From Eledone cirrhosa (lineage: Eukaryota), in the NCBI GenBank assembly GCA_964016885.1, contig OZ024743.1, positions 198,338,001 to 198,402,000 of the forward strand: 64,000 bases of DNA, written 5' to 3'. The notes under the pieces are model-generated. The model was not told the origin of the DNA and ran no database searches. It saw only the letters and a list, made by a program, of their open reading frames with translations. This document shows positions 15,001-30,000 of this stretch, piece after piece. The translations under genes and the position numbers were made by a program. Within the stretch, counting starts at the first letter, position 1. Every line of letters starts with the position of its first letter.

Positions 15001-18000
15001 TCTGTAAGTAAGGATGTGCGAGGGTGATGTAATCGGTTACTATAAGTATGGATCCGAGAGGGTGATGTAATCGGTTTCTATAAGCATGGATGTGAGTGCC
15101 TGATGTAATCGGTTTCTGGAAGTAAGGATGTGCGGGGGTGATGTAATCGGTTACTATAAGTATGGATGTGCGAGGGTGATGTAGTCTGTTTCTGTAAGTA
15201 TGGATGTGAGAGTGTGCTCTAATCGGTTACTATAAGTATGGATGTGCGAGGGTGATCTAATCGGTTACTATAAGTATGGATCTGAGTGGGCGATGTAATC
15301 GGTTTCTGTAAGTATGGATGTGAGTGGGTGATGTAATCGGTTTCTATAAGTATGGATGTGCGAGGGTGATCTAATTGGTTACTATAAGTATGGATGTGAG
15401 AGGGTGATGTAATCGGTTTCTGTCAGCATGTATGTGAGAGGGTGATCTAATCGGTTTCTGTAAATATGGATGTGAGAGGGTGATGTAATCGGTTTCTCTA
15501 AGTATGGATGTGAGTGGGTGATGTAATCGGTTTCTCTAATTATGGATGTGAGATGGTAATGTAATCTCTTTATGTAAGTATGGATGTGAGAGGGTGATGT
15601 AATCGGTTTCTCTAAGTATGGATGTGAGTGGGTGATGTAATCGGTTTCTATAATTATGGATGTAAGTGGCTGATGAAATCGGTTTCTATAAGTATCGATG
15701 TGAGAGGGTGATGTAATCGGTTTCTGTAAGTATGGTTATGAGAGGGTGATGTACTCGGTTTCTCTGTGTGTGGATGTAATAGGGTGATGTAATCGGTTTC
15801 TATAATTATGGATGTAGGTGGCTGATGTTATGGGTTTCTCTAAGTATGGATGTGAGAGGGTGATGTAATCGGTTTTAGTAAGTAAGGATGTGAGAGGGTG
15901 ATGTAATTTGTTTATCTATGTATGGATGTAATAGGGTGATGTAATCGGTTTCTCTATGTATGGATGTAATAGGGTGATGTAATCGGTTTCTGTAAGTATG
16001 GATGTGAGAGGGTGATGTAATCGGTTTCTGTAAGTATGGATGTGAGAGGGCGATGTAATCGGTTTCTCTAAGTATGGATGTGAGTGGGTGATGTAATCGG
16101 TTTCTATAAGTATAAATGTGAGTGGGTGATGTAATCGGTTTCTATAAGTATGGATGTCTGTGGGTCATGTAATCGGTTTCTGTTTGTATGGATGTGGGAG
16201 TGTGATGTAATCGGTTTCTGTAAATATGGATGTGAGTGGGTGATGTAATCGGTTTCTCTAATTATCGATGTGAGATGGTGATGTAATCTGGTTATGTAAG
16301 TATGGATGTGACAGGGGGATGTAATCGGTTTCTATATTTATGGATGTAAGTGGCTGATTTAATCGGTTTCTATAAGTATGGATGTGAGAGGGTGCTGTAA
16401 ACGGTTTCTCTATGTATGGTTGTAATAGGGTGATGTAATCGGTTTCTGTAAGTATGGATGTGAGAGGGTGATGTAATCGGTTTCCCTGTGTATGGATGTA
16501 ATAGGGTGATGTAATCGGTTTCTATAATTATGGACGTAGGTGGATGATGTAATCGGTTTCTATAAGTATGGATGTGAGAGGGTGATGTAAACGGTTTCTC
16601 TAAGTATGGATGTGAGAGGGTGATGTAATTTGTTTCTAATAGTATGGATGTGAGTGGGTGATGTAATCGGTTTCTATAAGTATGGATGTGAGTGGCTGAT
16701 GTGATCGGTTTCTGTAAGTAAGGATGTGCGAGGGTGATGTAATCGGTTACTATAAGTACGGATGTGAGAGGGTGACGTAATCGGTTTCTATAAGTATGGA
16801 TGTGAGTGGCTGATGTAATCGGTTTCTGTAAGTAAGGATGTGCGAGGATGATGTAATCGGTTTCTGTAAGTATGGATATGAGAGGGGGATGTAATCGGTT
16901 TCTCTAACTTTGGATGAGAGGGTGATGTAATCAGTTTCTATAAGTATGGATGTTAGTGGGTGATGTAATCGGTTTCTGTATGTATGCATGTGAGAGAGTG
17001 ATGTAATCGGTTTCTATAAGTATGGATGTGAGTGTGTGATGTAATCGGTTTCTATAAGTATGGATGTGAGAGGGTGATGTAATCGGTTTCTGTAAATATT
17101 GGATGTGAGAGGGTGATGTAATCAGTTTCTGTAAGTGTGGATGTGAATGGGTGATGTAATCAGTTTCTCTAAATATGAATGTGAGAGTGTGATGTAATTG
17201 GTTTCTGTAAGTATGGATGTGAGTGGGAGACGTAATCGGTTTCTCTATGTATGGATGAGAATGGGTGATGTAATCGGTTTCTCTAAGTATGGATGTGAGA
17301 GGGTGATGTAATCGGTTTCTATAAGTATGGATGTGAGTGTGTGATGTAATCGGTTTCTATAAGTATGGATGTCAGTGGGTGACGTAATCTATTTCCGTAA
17401 GAATGGATGTGAGAGGGTGATGTAATCGATTTCTATAAATATGGATGTGAGAGGGTTATATAATCTGTTTCTATAAGTATGGATGTGAGTGGGTGATGTA
17501 ATCGGTTTGTGTAAGTATTGATGTGAGTGGGTGATGTAATCTGTTTCTATAAGTATGGATGTGAGAGGGTGATGTAATCGGTTTCTATAAGTATGGATGT
17601 GAATGTGTGATGTTTTCGGTTTCTGTAAGAATGGATGTCAGAGGGTGACGTAATCGGTTTCTATAAGTATGGATGTGAATGTGTGATGTAATCGGTTTCT
17701 GTAAGAATGGATGTGAGAACGTGATGTAATCAGTTTCTGTAAGTATGGATGTGCGAGGGTGATGTAGTCGGTTTCTATAAGTATGGATGTGAGAGGGTTA
17801 TGTAATCGGTTTCTCTAAGTATGGATGTGAGTGAGAGACGTAATCGGTTTCTCTATGTATGGATGTGTATGGGTGATGTAATCGGTTTCCCTAAGTATGG
17901 TTTTGAGAGCGCGATGTAATCAGTTTCTATAAGTATGGATGTGAGTGTGTGATGTAATCGGTTTCTATAAGTATGGATGTGAGTGGGTGATGTAATCGGT

Positions 18001-21000
18001 TTCCGTAACAATGGATGCGAGAGGGTGATGTAAACGATTTCTATAAGTATGGATGTGAGAGGGTTATATAATCTGTTAATATAAGTATGGATGTGAGTGG
18101 GTGATGTAATCGGTTTCTGTAAGTATGGATGCGAGAGGTTGATGTAATCGGTTTCTGTAAATATGGATGTGTGCGTGTGTTGTAATCGGTTTCTATAAAT
18201 ATGGATGTGAGTGGGTGATATAATCGGTTTTGTGTAAGTATGGATGTGAGAGTGTTATGTAATCGATTTATGTAAATATGGATGTGGGTGGGTGATGTAA
18301 TCGGTTTCTCTAATTATGGATGTGAGTGGGTGATGTAATCGCTTTCTATAAGTATTGCTGTGGATGGGTTATGTAATCGGTTTCTATAAGTATGGATGTG
18401 AGAGGGTGATGTAATCGGTTTCTGTAAGTATCGATGTGCGCGGGTGATGTAATCGGTTTCTCTAAGTATGGATGTGAGAGGGTGATGTAATCGGTTTCTC
18501 TAAGTATGGATGTGAGAGGGTGATGTAATTGGTTTCTGTAAGTATGGATGTGAGAGGGTGATGTAATCGGTCTCTGTAAATATGGATGTGAAAGGGTGAT
18601 GTAATCGGTTTCTATAAGTATGAATGTGTGTGTGTGATGTAATCGGTTTCTGTAAGTATGGATGTGAGAGGGCGATGTAATCAGTTTCTATAAGTATGGA
18701 TGTGGGTGCGTGATGTAATCGGTTTCTATATGTATGAATGTGAGTGTGTGATGTAATCGGTTTCTATAAGTATGGATGTGAGAGGGCGATGTAATCAGTT
18801 TCTATAAGTATGGATGTGGGTGCGTGATGTAATCGGTTTCTATATGTATGAATGTGAGTGTGTGATGTAATCGGTTTCTGTAAGTATGGATGTGAGAGGG
18901 TGATGTAATCGGTTTCTGTAAGTATGGATGTGAGAGGGCGATGTAATCGGTTTCTCTAAGTATGGATGTGAGTGGGTGATGCAATCGGTTTCTATAAGTA
19001 TAGATGTGAGTGGGTGATGTAATTGATTTCTATAAGTATGGATGTCAGTGGGTCATGTAATCGGTTTCTGTTTGTATGTATGTGGGAGTGTGATGTAATC
19101 GGTTTCTGTAAATATGGATGTGAGTGGGTGATGTAATCGGTTTCTCTAATTATCGATGTGAGATGGTGATGTAATCTGGTTATGTAAGTATGGATAGTGA
19201 CAGGGGGATGTAATCGGTTTCTATATTTATGGATGTAAGTGGCTGATTTAATCGGTTTCTATAAGTATGGATGTGAGAGGTAAACGGTTTCTCTATGTAT
19301 GGATGTAATAGGGTGATGTAATCGGTTTCTTTAAGTATGGATGTGAGAGGGTGATGTAATCGGTTTCTGTAAGTATGGATGTGAGAGGGAGATGTAATCG
19401 GTTTCTCTCTGTATGGATGTAATATGGTGATGTAATCGGTTTCTATAATTATGGATGTAGGTGGCTGATGTAATCGGTTTCTATAAGTATGGATGTGAGA
19501 GGGTGATGTAAACGGTTTCTCTAAGTATGGATGTGAGTGGGTGATGTAATCGGTTTCTCTAATTATGGATGTGAAATGTTGATGTAATCGGTTTCTGTAA
19601 GTATGGATGTGAGAGGGTGATGTAATCGGTTTCTATAATTATGGATGTGAGTGGGTGATGTAATCGGTTTCTATAGTATAGATGTGAGTGGCTGATTTAA
19701 TCGGTTTCTGTAAGTAAGGATGTGCGAGGTTGATGTAATCGGTTACTATAAGTATGGATGTGAGAGGGTGACGTAATCGGTTTCTATAAGTATGGATGTG
19801 AGTGGCTGATGTAATCGGTTTCTGTAAGTAAGGATTTGCTAGACTGATGTAATCGGTTTCTGCAAGTATGTATATGTGAGCGGGATGTAATCGGTTTCTC
19901 TAAGTATGGATGTGAGTGTGTGATGTAATCGGTTTCTTTATGTATGCATGTGAGAGAGTGATGTAATCGGGTTCTATAAGTATGGATGTGAGTGTGTGAT
20001 GTAATCGGTTTCTATAAGTATGGATGTGAGAGGGCGATGTAATCGGTTTCTATAAGTATGGATGTGAGTGGGTGATGTAATCGGTTTCTATAAGTATGGA
20101 TGTGAGTGGGTGATGTAATCGGTTTCTGTATGTATGCATGTGAGAGAGTGATGTAATCGGGTTCTATAAGTATGGATGTGAGTGTGTGATGTAATCGGTT
20201 TCTATAAGTATGGATGTGAGAGGGCGATGTAATCGGTTTCTATAAGTATGGATGTGAGTGGTTGTTGTAATCGGTTTCACTAATTATGGATGTGAGAGGG
20301 TGATGTAATCGGTTTCTGTAAGTATGGATGTGAGTGGGTGATGTAATCGGTTTCTATAAGTATGGATGTGAGAGGGTGATGTAATCGGTGTCTATAAGTA
20401 TGGATGTGAGAGGGTGATGACATCGGTTTCTATAAGTATGGATGTGAATCGGTGATGTAATCGGTTTCCGTAAGAATGGATGTGAGAGGGTGATGTAATC
20501 GATTTCTATAAGTATGGATGTGAGAGGGTTATATAATCTGTTTCTATAAGTATGGATGTGAGTGGGTGATGTAATCGGTTTCTGTAAGTATTGGTGGCAG
20601 TGCGTGATGTAATCAGTTTCTATAAGTATGGATGTGAGAGGGTGATGTAATCGGTTTCTATAAGTATGGATGTGAATGTGTGATGTAATCGGTTTCTCTA
20701 AGAATAGATGTGAGAGGGTGATGTAATCGGTTTCTGTAAATATTGGATGTGAGAGGGTGATGTAATCAGTTCCTGTAAGTGTGGATGTGAATGGGTGATG
20801 TAATCAGTTTCTCTAAATATGAATGTGAGAGTGTGATGTAATTGGTTTCTGTAAGTATGGATGCGAGAGGGTGATGTAATCGGTTTCTGTAAGTATGGAT
20901 GTGAGAGGGTGATGTAATCGGTTTCTGTAAGTATGGATGCGAGAGGGTTATGTAATCGGTTTCTCTAAGTATGGATGTGAGTGGGAGACGTAATCGGTTT

Positions 21001-24000
21001 CTCTATGTATGGATGTGAATGGGTGATGTAATAGGTTTCTCTAAGTATGGATGTGAGTGTGTGATGTAATCGGTTTCTATAAGTATGGATGTCAGCGGGT
21101 GATGTAATCGGTTTCCGTAAAATGGATGTGAGAGGGTGATGTAATCGATTTCTATAAATATGGATGTGAGAGGGTTATATAATCTGTTTCTATAAGTATG
21201 GATGTGAGTGGGTGATGTAATCGGTTTCTGTAAGTATTGATGTGAGTGGGTGATGTAATCAGTTTCTATGAGTTTGGATGTGAGAGGGTGATGTAATCGG
21301 TTTCTATAAGTATGGATGTGAATTTTGTGATGTATTCGGTTTCTGTAAGAATGGATGTGAGAGGGTGATGTAATCGGTTTCTATAAGTATGGATGTGAAT
21401 GTGTGATGTAATCGGTTTCTGTAAGAATGGATGTGAGAGGGTGATGTAATCGGTTTCTGTAAATATGGATGTGCGAGGGTGATGTAGTCGGTTTCTATAA
21501 GTATGGATGTGAGAGTGTGATCTAATCGGTTACTATAAGTATGGATGTGCGAGGGTGATCTAATCGTTTACTATAAGTATGGATGTGAGAGGGTGATGTA
21601 ATCGGTTTCTGTAAGTATGGATGTGAAAGGGTGATCTAATCGGTTACTATAAGTATGGATGTGAGTGGGTGATGTAATCGGTTTCTGTAAGTATGGAGTG
21701 TGAGTGGGTGATGTAATCAGTTTCTGTAAGTATGGATGTGAGTGGGTGATATAATCGGTTTCTGTAAGTATGGATTTGAGAGGGTTATGTAATCGATTTA
21801 TGTAAATATGGATGTGAGAGGGTGATGTAATCGGTTTCTATAAGTATGGATGTGGGTGGGTGATGTAATCGGTTTCTCTAATTATGGATGTGAGTGGGTG
21901 ATGTAATCGCTTTCTATAAGTATTGATGGGAATGGGTTATGTAATCGGTTTCTATAATTATGGATGGGAGTGGGTGATGTAATCGGTTTCTGTAAGTATG
22001 GATGTGAGGGGTTGATGTAATCGGTTTCTATAATATGGATGTGAGTGGGTGATATAATCAGTTTCTATTAGTATGGATGTGAGAGGGGGATGTAATCGGT
22101 TTCTCTAAGTATGGATGTGAGAGGGCGATGTAATCGGGTTCTATAAGTATGGATGTGAGTGGGTGATGTAATCGGTTTCTCTAAGTATGGATGTGAGAGG
22201 GTGATGTAATCGGTTTCTGTAAGTATGGATGTGAGTGGGTGATGTAATCAGTTTCTATAAGTATGGATGTGGTTGGGTGATGTAATCGGTTTCTATAAGT
22301 ATGGATGTGAGAGTGAGATGTAATCGGTTTCTGTAAGTATGGATGTGAGAGGGCGATGTAATCGGTTTCTATAAGTATGTATGTGAGTGGGTAATGTAAT
22401 AGGTTTCTATAAGTATGGATGTGAGTGGCTGATGTAATCGGTTTCTATAAGTATGGATGTGAGTGGGTGATGTAATCGGTTTCTGTTTGTATGGATGTGG
22501 GAGTGTGATGTAATCGGTTTCTGTAAATATGGATGTGAGAGGGTGATGTAAACGGTTTCTCTATGTATGGATGTAATAGGTTGATGTAATCGGTTTCTGT
22601 AAGTATGGATGTGAGAGGGTAATGTAATCGGTTTCTCTGTGTATGGATGTAATCGGTTTCTATAATTATGGATGTAGGTGGCTGATGTAATCGGTTCCTC
22701 TAAGTATGGATGTGAAATGGTGATGTAATCAGTTTCTGTAAGTATCGATGTGAGAGGGTAATGTAATCGGTTTCTATAATTATGGATGTGAGTGGGTGAT
22801 GTAATCGGTTTCTAAGAGTATGGATGTGAGTGGCTGATGTAATCGCTTTCTGTAAGTAAGGATGTGCGAGGGTGATGTAATCGGTTACTATAAGTATGGA
22901 TCCGAGAGGGTGATGTAATCGGTTTCTGTTTGTATGGATGTGGGAATGTGATGTAATCGGTTTCTGTAAGTATAGATGTGAGAGGGGGATGTAATCGGTT
23001 TCTCTAAGTATGGATGTGAGAGGGCGATGTAATCGGTTTCTATAAGTATGGATGTGAGTGGGTGATGTAATCGGTTGCTCTAAGTATGGATGTGAGAGGG
23101 TGATGTAATCGGTTTCTGTAAGTATGGATGTGAGTGGGTGATGTAATCAGAGTCTATAAGTATGGATGTTTGTGGATGATGTAATCGGTTTCTATAAGTA
23201 TGGATGTGAGAGGGTGATGTAATCGGTTTCTGTAAGTATGGATGTGAGAGTGCGATGTAATCGGTTTCTATAAGAATGGATGTGAGAGGGTGATGTAATT
23301 GGTTTCTATAAGTATGGATGTGAGTGGCTGATGTAATCGGTTTGTATAAGTATGGATGTGAGTGGGTGATGTAATCGGTTTCTGTAAGTATGGATGTGAG
23401 AGGTCGATGTAATCGGTTTCTATAAGTATGGATGTGAGTGGGTGATGTAATCGGTTTCTATGAGTATGTATGTGCGTGGGTGATGTAATCGGTTTCTATA
23501 TGTATGGATGTGAGTGGGTGATGTAATCGGTTTCTGTTTGAATGGATGTCGGAGTGTGATGTAATCGGTTTCTGTAAATATGGATGTGAGAGGGTGATGT
23601 AATCGGTTTCTCTAAGTATGGATGTGAGTGGGTGATGTAATCAGTTTCTCTAATTATGGATGTGAGATGGTAATGTAATCTGTTTGTGTAATTATGGATG
23701 TGACAGGGGCATGTAATCGGTTTCTATAATTATGGATGTAAGAGGCTGATGAAATCGGTTTCTATAAGTATGGATGTGAGAGGGGGACGTAATCGGTTTC
23801 TGTAAGTATGGATGTGAGAGGGTGATGTAATCGGTTTCTATAAGTATGGATGTGAGTGCCTGATGTAATCGGTTTCTGGAAGTAAAGATGTGCGGGGATG
23901 ATGTAATCGGTTACTATAAGTATGGATGTGCGAGGGTGATGTAGTCGGTTTCTGTAAGTATGGATGTGAGAGTGTGCTCTAATCGGTTACTATAAGTATG

Positions 24001-27000
24001 GATGTGCGAGGGTGATCTAATCGGTTACTATAAGTATGGATGTGAGTCGGTGATGTAATCGGTTTCTGTAAGTATGTATGTGAGTGGGTGATGTAATCGG
24101 TTTCTATAAGTATGGATGTGCGAGGGTGATCTAATCGGTTACTATAAGTATGGATGTGAGAGGGTGATGTAATCGGTTTCTGTCAGCATGGATGTGTGAG
24201 GGTGATCTAATCGGTTTCTGTAAATATGGATGTTAGAGGGTGATGTAATCGGTTTCTCTAAGTATGGATGTGAGTGGGTGATGTAATCGGTTTCTCTAAT
24301 TATGGATGTGAGATGGTAATGTAATCTGTTTATGTAAGTATGGATTTGACAGGGGGATGTAATCGGTTTCTATAATTATGGATGTAAGTGGCTGATGAAA
24401 TCGGTTTCTCTAAGTATGGATGTGAGAGGGTGATGTAATCGGTTTCTGTAAGTATGGATATGAGAGGGTGATGTACTCGGTTTCTCTGTGTATGGATGTA
24501 ATAGGGTGATGTAAACGGTTTCCATAATTATGGATGTAGGTGGCTGATGTTATGGGTTTCTCTAAGTATTGATGTGAGAGGGTGATGTAATAGGTGTCAG
24601 TAAGTAAGGATGTGAGAGGGTGATGTAATTTGTTTATCTATGTATGGATGTAATAGGGTGATGTAATCGGTTTCTCTATGTATGGATGTAATAGGGTGAT
24701 GTAATCGGTTTCTCTATGTATGGATGTAATAGGGTGATGTAATCGGTTTCTCTATGTATGGATGTAATAGGGTGATGTAATCGGTTTCTGTAAGTATGGA
24801 TGTGAGAGGGTGATGGAATTTGTTTCTAATAGTATGGATGTGAGTGGGTGATGTATTCGGTTTCTCTAATTATGGATGTGAAATGGTGATGTAATCGGTT
24901 TCTGTAAGTATGGATGTGAGAGGGTGATGTAATCGGTTTCTATAATTATGCATGTGAGTGGGTGATCTAATCAGTTTCTATAAGTATAGATGTGAGTGGC
25001 TGATGTAATCGGTTTCTGGAAGTATGGATGTGCGAGTGTGATCTAATGGGTTACTATAAGTATGGATGTGAGAGGGTGATGTAATCGTTTTCTGTAAGTA
25101 TGGATTTGAGAGGGTGATCTAATCGGTTACTATAAGTATGGATGTGAGTGGGTGATGTAATCGGTTTCTGTAAGTATGGATGTGAGAGGGTGATCTAATC
25201 GGTTACTATAAGTATTGATGTGCGAGGGTGATCTAATCGGTTACTATAAGTATGGATGTGAGAGGGTGATGTAATCGGTTTCTGTAAGTATGGATGTGAG
25301 AGGGTGATCTAATCGGTTACTATAAGTATGGATCTGCGAGGGTGATCTAATTGGTTACTATAAGTATGGATGTGAGAGGGTGATGTAATCGGTTTCTCTA
25401 AGTATGGATGTGAGAGCGTGATCTAATCGGTTACTATAAGTATGGATGTGAGTGGGTGATGTAATCGGTTTCTGAAAGTATGGATGTGAGAGGGTGATGT
25501 AATCGGTTTCTGTAAGTATGGATGTGAGTGTGTGATGTAATCGGTTTCTATACGTATGGATGTGAGTGGGTGATGTAATCGGTTTCTATAAATATGGATG
25601 TGAGCGGGTGATGTAATCGCTTTCTGTAAGTATAGATTGTGAGTGGGTGATGTAATCAGTTTCTGTAAGTATGGATGTGAGTGGGTGATGTAGTCAGTTA
25701 TTGTAAGTATGGATGTGAGAGTGTGCTCTAATCGGTTACTATAAATATGGATGTGCGAGTGTGATCTAATAGGTTACTATAAGTATGGATGTGAGAGGGT
25801 GATGTAATCGTTTTCTGTAAGTATGGATGTGAGAGGGTGATCTAATCGGTTACTATAAGTATAGATGTGAGTGGGTGATGTAATCGGTTTCTGTAAGTAT
25901 GGATGTGCGAGGGTGATCTAATCGGTTACTATAAGTATGGATGTGAGAGGGTGATGTAATCGGTTTCTCTAAGTATGGATGTGAGAGGGTGATCTAATCG
26001 CTTACTATAAGTATGGATGTGAGTGGGTGATGTAATCGGTTTCTGTAAGTATGGATGTGAGTGGGTGATGTAATCGGTTTCTATAAGTATGGATGTCTGT
26101 GGGTGATGTAATCGGTTTCTATAAGTATGGATGTGGGTGGGTGATGTAATCGGTTTCTCTAATTATGGATGTGAGATGGTGATGTAATCGGTTTCTGTAA
26201 GTATGGATGTGAGAGGGTTATGTAATCGATTTATGTAAATATGGATGTGAGACGGTGATGTAATCGGTTTCTATAAGTATGGATGTCTGTGGGTGATGTA
26301 ATCGGTTTCTATAAGTATGGATGTGGGTGGGTGATGTAATCGGTTTCTCTAATTATGGATGTGAGATGGTGATGTAATCGGTTTCTGTAAGTATGGATGT
26401 GAGAGGGTTATGTAATCGATTTATGTAAATATGGATGTGAGACGGTGATGTAATCGGTTTCTATAAGTATGGATGTGGGTGGGTGATGTAATCGGTTTCT
26501 CTAATTATGGATGTGAGTGGGTGATGTAATCGCTTTCTATAAGTATTGATGGGAATGGGTTATGTAATCGGTTTGTATAAGTATGGATGGGAGTGGGTGA
26601 TGTAATCGGTTTCTGTAAGTATGGATGTGAGCGGTTGATATAATCGGTTTCTATAATATGGATGTGAGTGAGTGATATAATCGGTTTCTATTAGAATGGA
26701 TGTGAGTGGGTGATGTAATCGGTTTCTATAAGTATGGATGTGAGAGTGTGATGTAAGTGGTTTCTGTAAGTATGGATGTGAGAGGTTGATGTAAACGGTT
26801 TCTCTAAGTATGGATGTGAGTGGGTGATGTAATCACTTTCGGCAAGTATGGATGTGAGAGGGTGATGTAATCACTTTCGGCAAGTATGGATGTGAGAGGG
26901 TGATGTAATCGGTCTCTCTATGTATGGATGTAATAGGGTGATCTAATCGGTTTCTCTATGTATGGATGTAATAAGGTGATGTAATCGGTTTCTCTAAGTA

Positions 27001-30000
27001 TGGATGTGAGAGGGTGATGGAATTTGTTTCTAATAGTATGGATGTGAGTGGGTGATGTAATCGGTTTCTCTAATTATGATTGTGAAATGGTGATGTAATC
27101 GGTTTCTGTAAGTATGGATGTGAGAGGGTGATGTAATCGGTTTCTATAATTATGCATGTGAGTGGGTGATCTAATCTGTTTCTATAAGTATGGAAGTGAG
27201 TGGCTGATGTAATCGGTTTCTGGAAGTAAGGATGCGCGGGGGTGATGTAATCGGTTACTATAAGTATGGATGTGCGAGGGTGATGTACTCAGTTACTGTA
27301 AGTATGGATGTGAGAGTGTGCTCTAATCGGTTACTATAAATATGGATGTGCGAGTGTGATCTAATAGGTATGGATGTGAGAGTATGATGTAATCGTTTTC
27401 TGTAAGTATGGATGTGAGAGGGTGATCTAATCGGTTACTATAAGTATGGATGTGAGTGGGTGATGTAATCGGTTTCTGTAAGTATGGATGTGAGAGGGTG
27501 ATCTAATCGGTCACTATAAGGATGGATGTGCGAGGGTGATCTAATCGGTTACTATAAGTATGGATGTGAGAGGGTGATGTAATCGGTTTCTGTAAGTATG
27601 GATGTCAGAGGATGATCTAATCGGTTACTATAAGTATGGATCTGCGAGGGTGATCTAATCGGTTACTATAAGTATGGATGTGAGAGGGTGATGTAATCGG
27701 TTTCTCTAAGTATGGATGTGAGAGGGTGATCTAATCGGTTACTATAAGTATGGATGTGAGTGGGTGATGTAATCGGTTTCTGTAAGTATGGATGTGAGTG
27801 GGTGATCTAATCGGTTTCTATAAGTATGGATGTCTGTGGGTGATGTAATCGGTTTCTATAAGTATGGATGTGGGTGGGTGATGTAATCGGTTTCTCTAAT
27901 TATGGATGTGAGATGGTGATGTAATCGGTTTCTATAATATGGATGTGAGAGGGTGATGTAATCGGTTTTTCTAAGTATGGATGTGAGTGGATGATGTAAT
28001 CGGTTTCTCTAATTATGGACGTGAGATGGTGATGTAATCGGTTTCTGTAAGTATGGATGTGAGCGGTTGATGTAATCGGTTTCTATAATATGGATGTGAG
28101 TGGGTGATATAATCGGTTTCTATTAGTATGGATGTGAGTGGGTGATGTAATCGGTTTCTATAAGTATGGATGTGAGAGTGTGATGTAAATGCTTTCTGTA
28201 AGTATGGATGTGTGAAATGGTGATGTAATCGGTTTCTATAAGTATGAATGTGTGTGTGTGATGTAATCGGTTTCTGTACGTATGGTTGTGAGAGGGCGGT
28301 GTAATCAGTTTCTATAAGTATGGATGTGGGTGGGTGATGTAATCGGTTTTTATAAGTATGGATGTGAGTGTGTGATGTAATCGGTTCCTATAAGTATGGA
28401 TGTGAGAGGGTGATGGAATCGGTTTTGGTAAGTATGGATGTGAGAGGGCGATGTAATCGGTTTCTATAAGTATGGATGTGAGTGGGTGATGAAATTGGTT
28501 TCTTTAAGTATGGATGTGAGTGGGTGATGTAATCAGTTTCTGTAAGTATGGACGTGAGAGGGCGATGTAATCGGTTTCTATAAGTATGGTTGTGAGTGCG
28601 TGATGTAATCGGTTTCTGTAAATATGGATGTAAGAGGGTGATGTAATCGGTTTCTCTAAGTATGGATGTGAGTGGGTAATGTAATCGGTTTCTCTAATTA
28701 TGGATGTGAGATGGTAATGTAATCTGTTTATGTAAGTATGGATGTGACAGGGGGATGTAATCGGTTTCTATAATTATGGATGTAAGTGGCTGATGTAATC
28801 GGTTTCTATAAGTATGGATGTGAGAGGGTGATATAAACGGTTTCTCTATGAATGGATGTAATAGGGTGATGTAATCGGTTTCTGTAAGTATGGATGTGAG
28901 AGGGTGATGTAATCGGTTTCTCTGTGTATGGATGTAATAGGGTGATGTAATCGGTTTCTATAATTATGGATGTAGGTGGCTGATGTAATCGGTTTCTATA
29001 AGTATGGATGTGAGAGGGTGATGTAAACGGTTTCTCTAAGTATGGATGTGAGTGGGTGATGTAATCGCTTTCTATAAGTATGGATGTGAGAGGGTGATGT
29101 AATCGGTTTCTGTAAGTAAGTATGTGAGAGGGTGATGTAATCGATTTCTGTAAGTATGGATGTGAGAGGGTGATGTAATTTGTTTCTCTATGTATGGATG
29201 TAATAGGGTGATGTAATCGGTTTCTCTATGTATGGATGTAATAGGGTGATGTAATCGGTTTCTGTAAGTATGGATGTGAGAGGGTGATGGAATTTGTTTC
29301 TAATAGTATGGATGTGAGTGGGTGATGTAATCGATTTCTCTAATTATGGATGTGAAATGGTGATGTAATCGGTTTCTGTAAGTATGAATGTGAGAGGGTG
29401 ATGTAATCGGTTTCTATAATTATGGATGCGAGTGGGTAATCTAATCGGTTTCTATAAGTATGGATGTGAGTCGCTGATGTAATCGGTTTCTGTAAGTAAG
29501 GATGTGCGAGGGTGATGTAATCGGTTACGATAAGTATGGATGTGAGAAGGTGATGTAATCGGTTTCTATAACTATGGATGTGAGTGGCTGATGTAATAGG
29601 TTTCTGTAAGTAAGGATGTGCGAGGGTGATGTAATCCGGTTCTGTAAGTATGGATATGAGAGGGTGATGTAATCGGTTTCTCTAAGTATGGATGTAAGAG
29701 GTTGATGTAATCAGTTTCTTTAAGTATGGATGTGAGTGGGTGATGTACTCGGTTTCTGTAAGTATGGATGTGAGTGGGTGATGTGAACGGTTTCTGTAAG
29801 TATGGATGTGAGTGGGCGATGTAATAGGTTCCTATAAGTATGGATGTGAGCGGGTGATGTAATCGGTTTCTCTAATTATGGATGTGAAATGGTGATGTAA
29901 TCGGTTTCTGTAAGTATGGATGTGAGAGGGTTTATGTAATCGATATATGTAAATATGGATGTGAGACGGTGATGTAATCGGTTTCTATAAGTATGGATGT

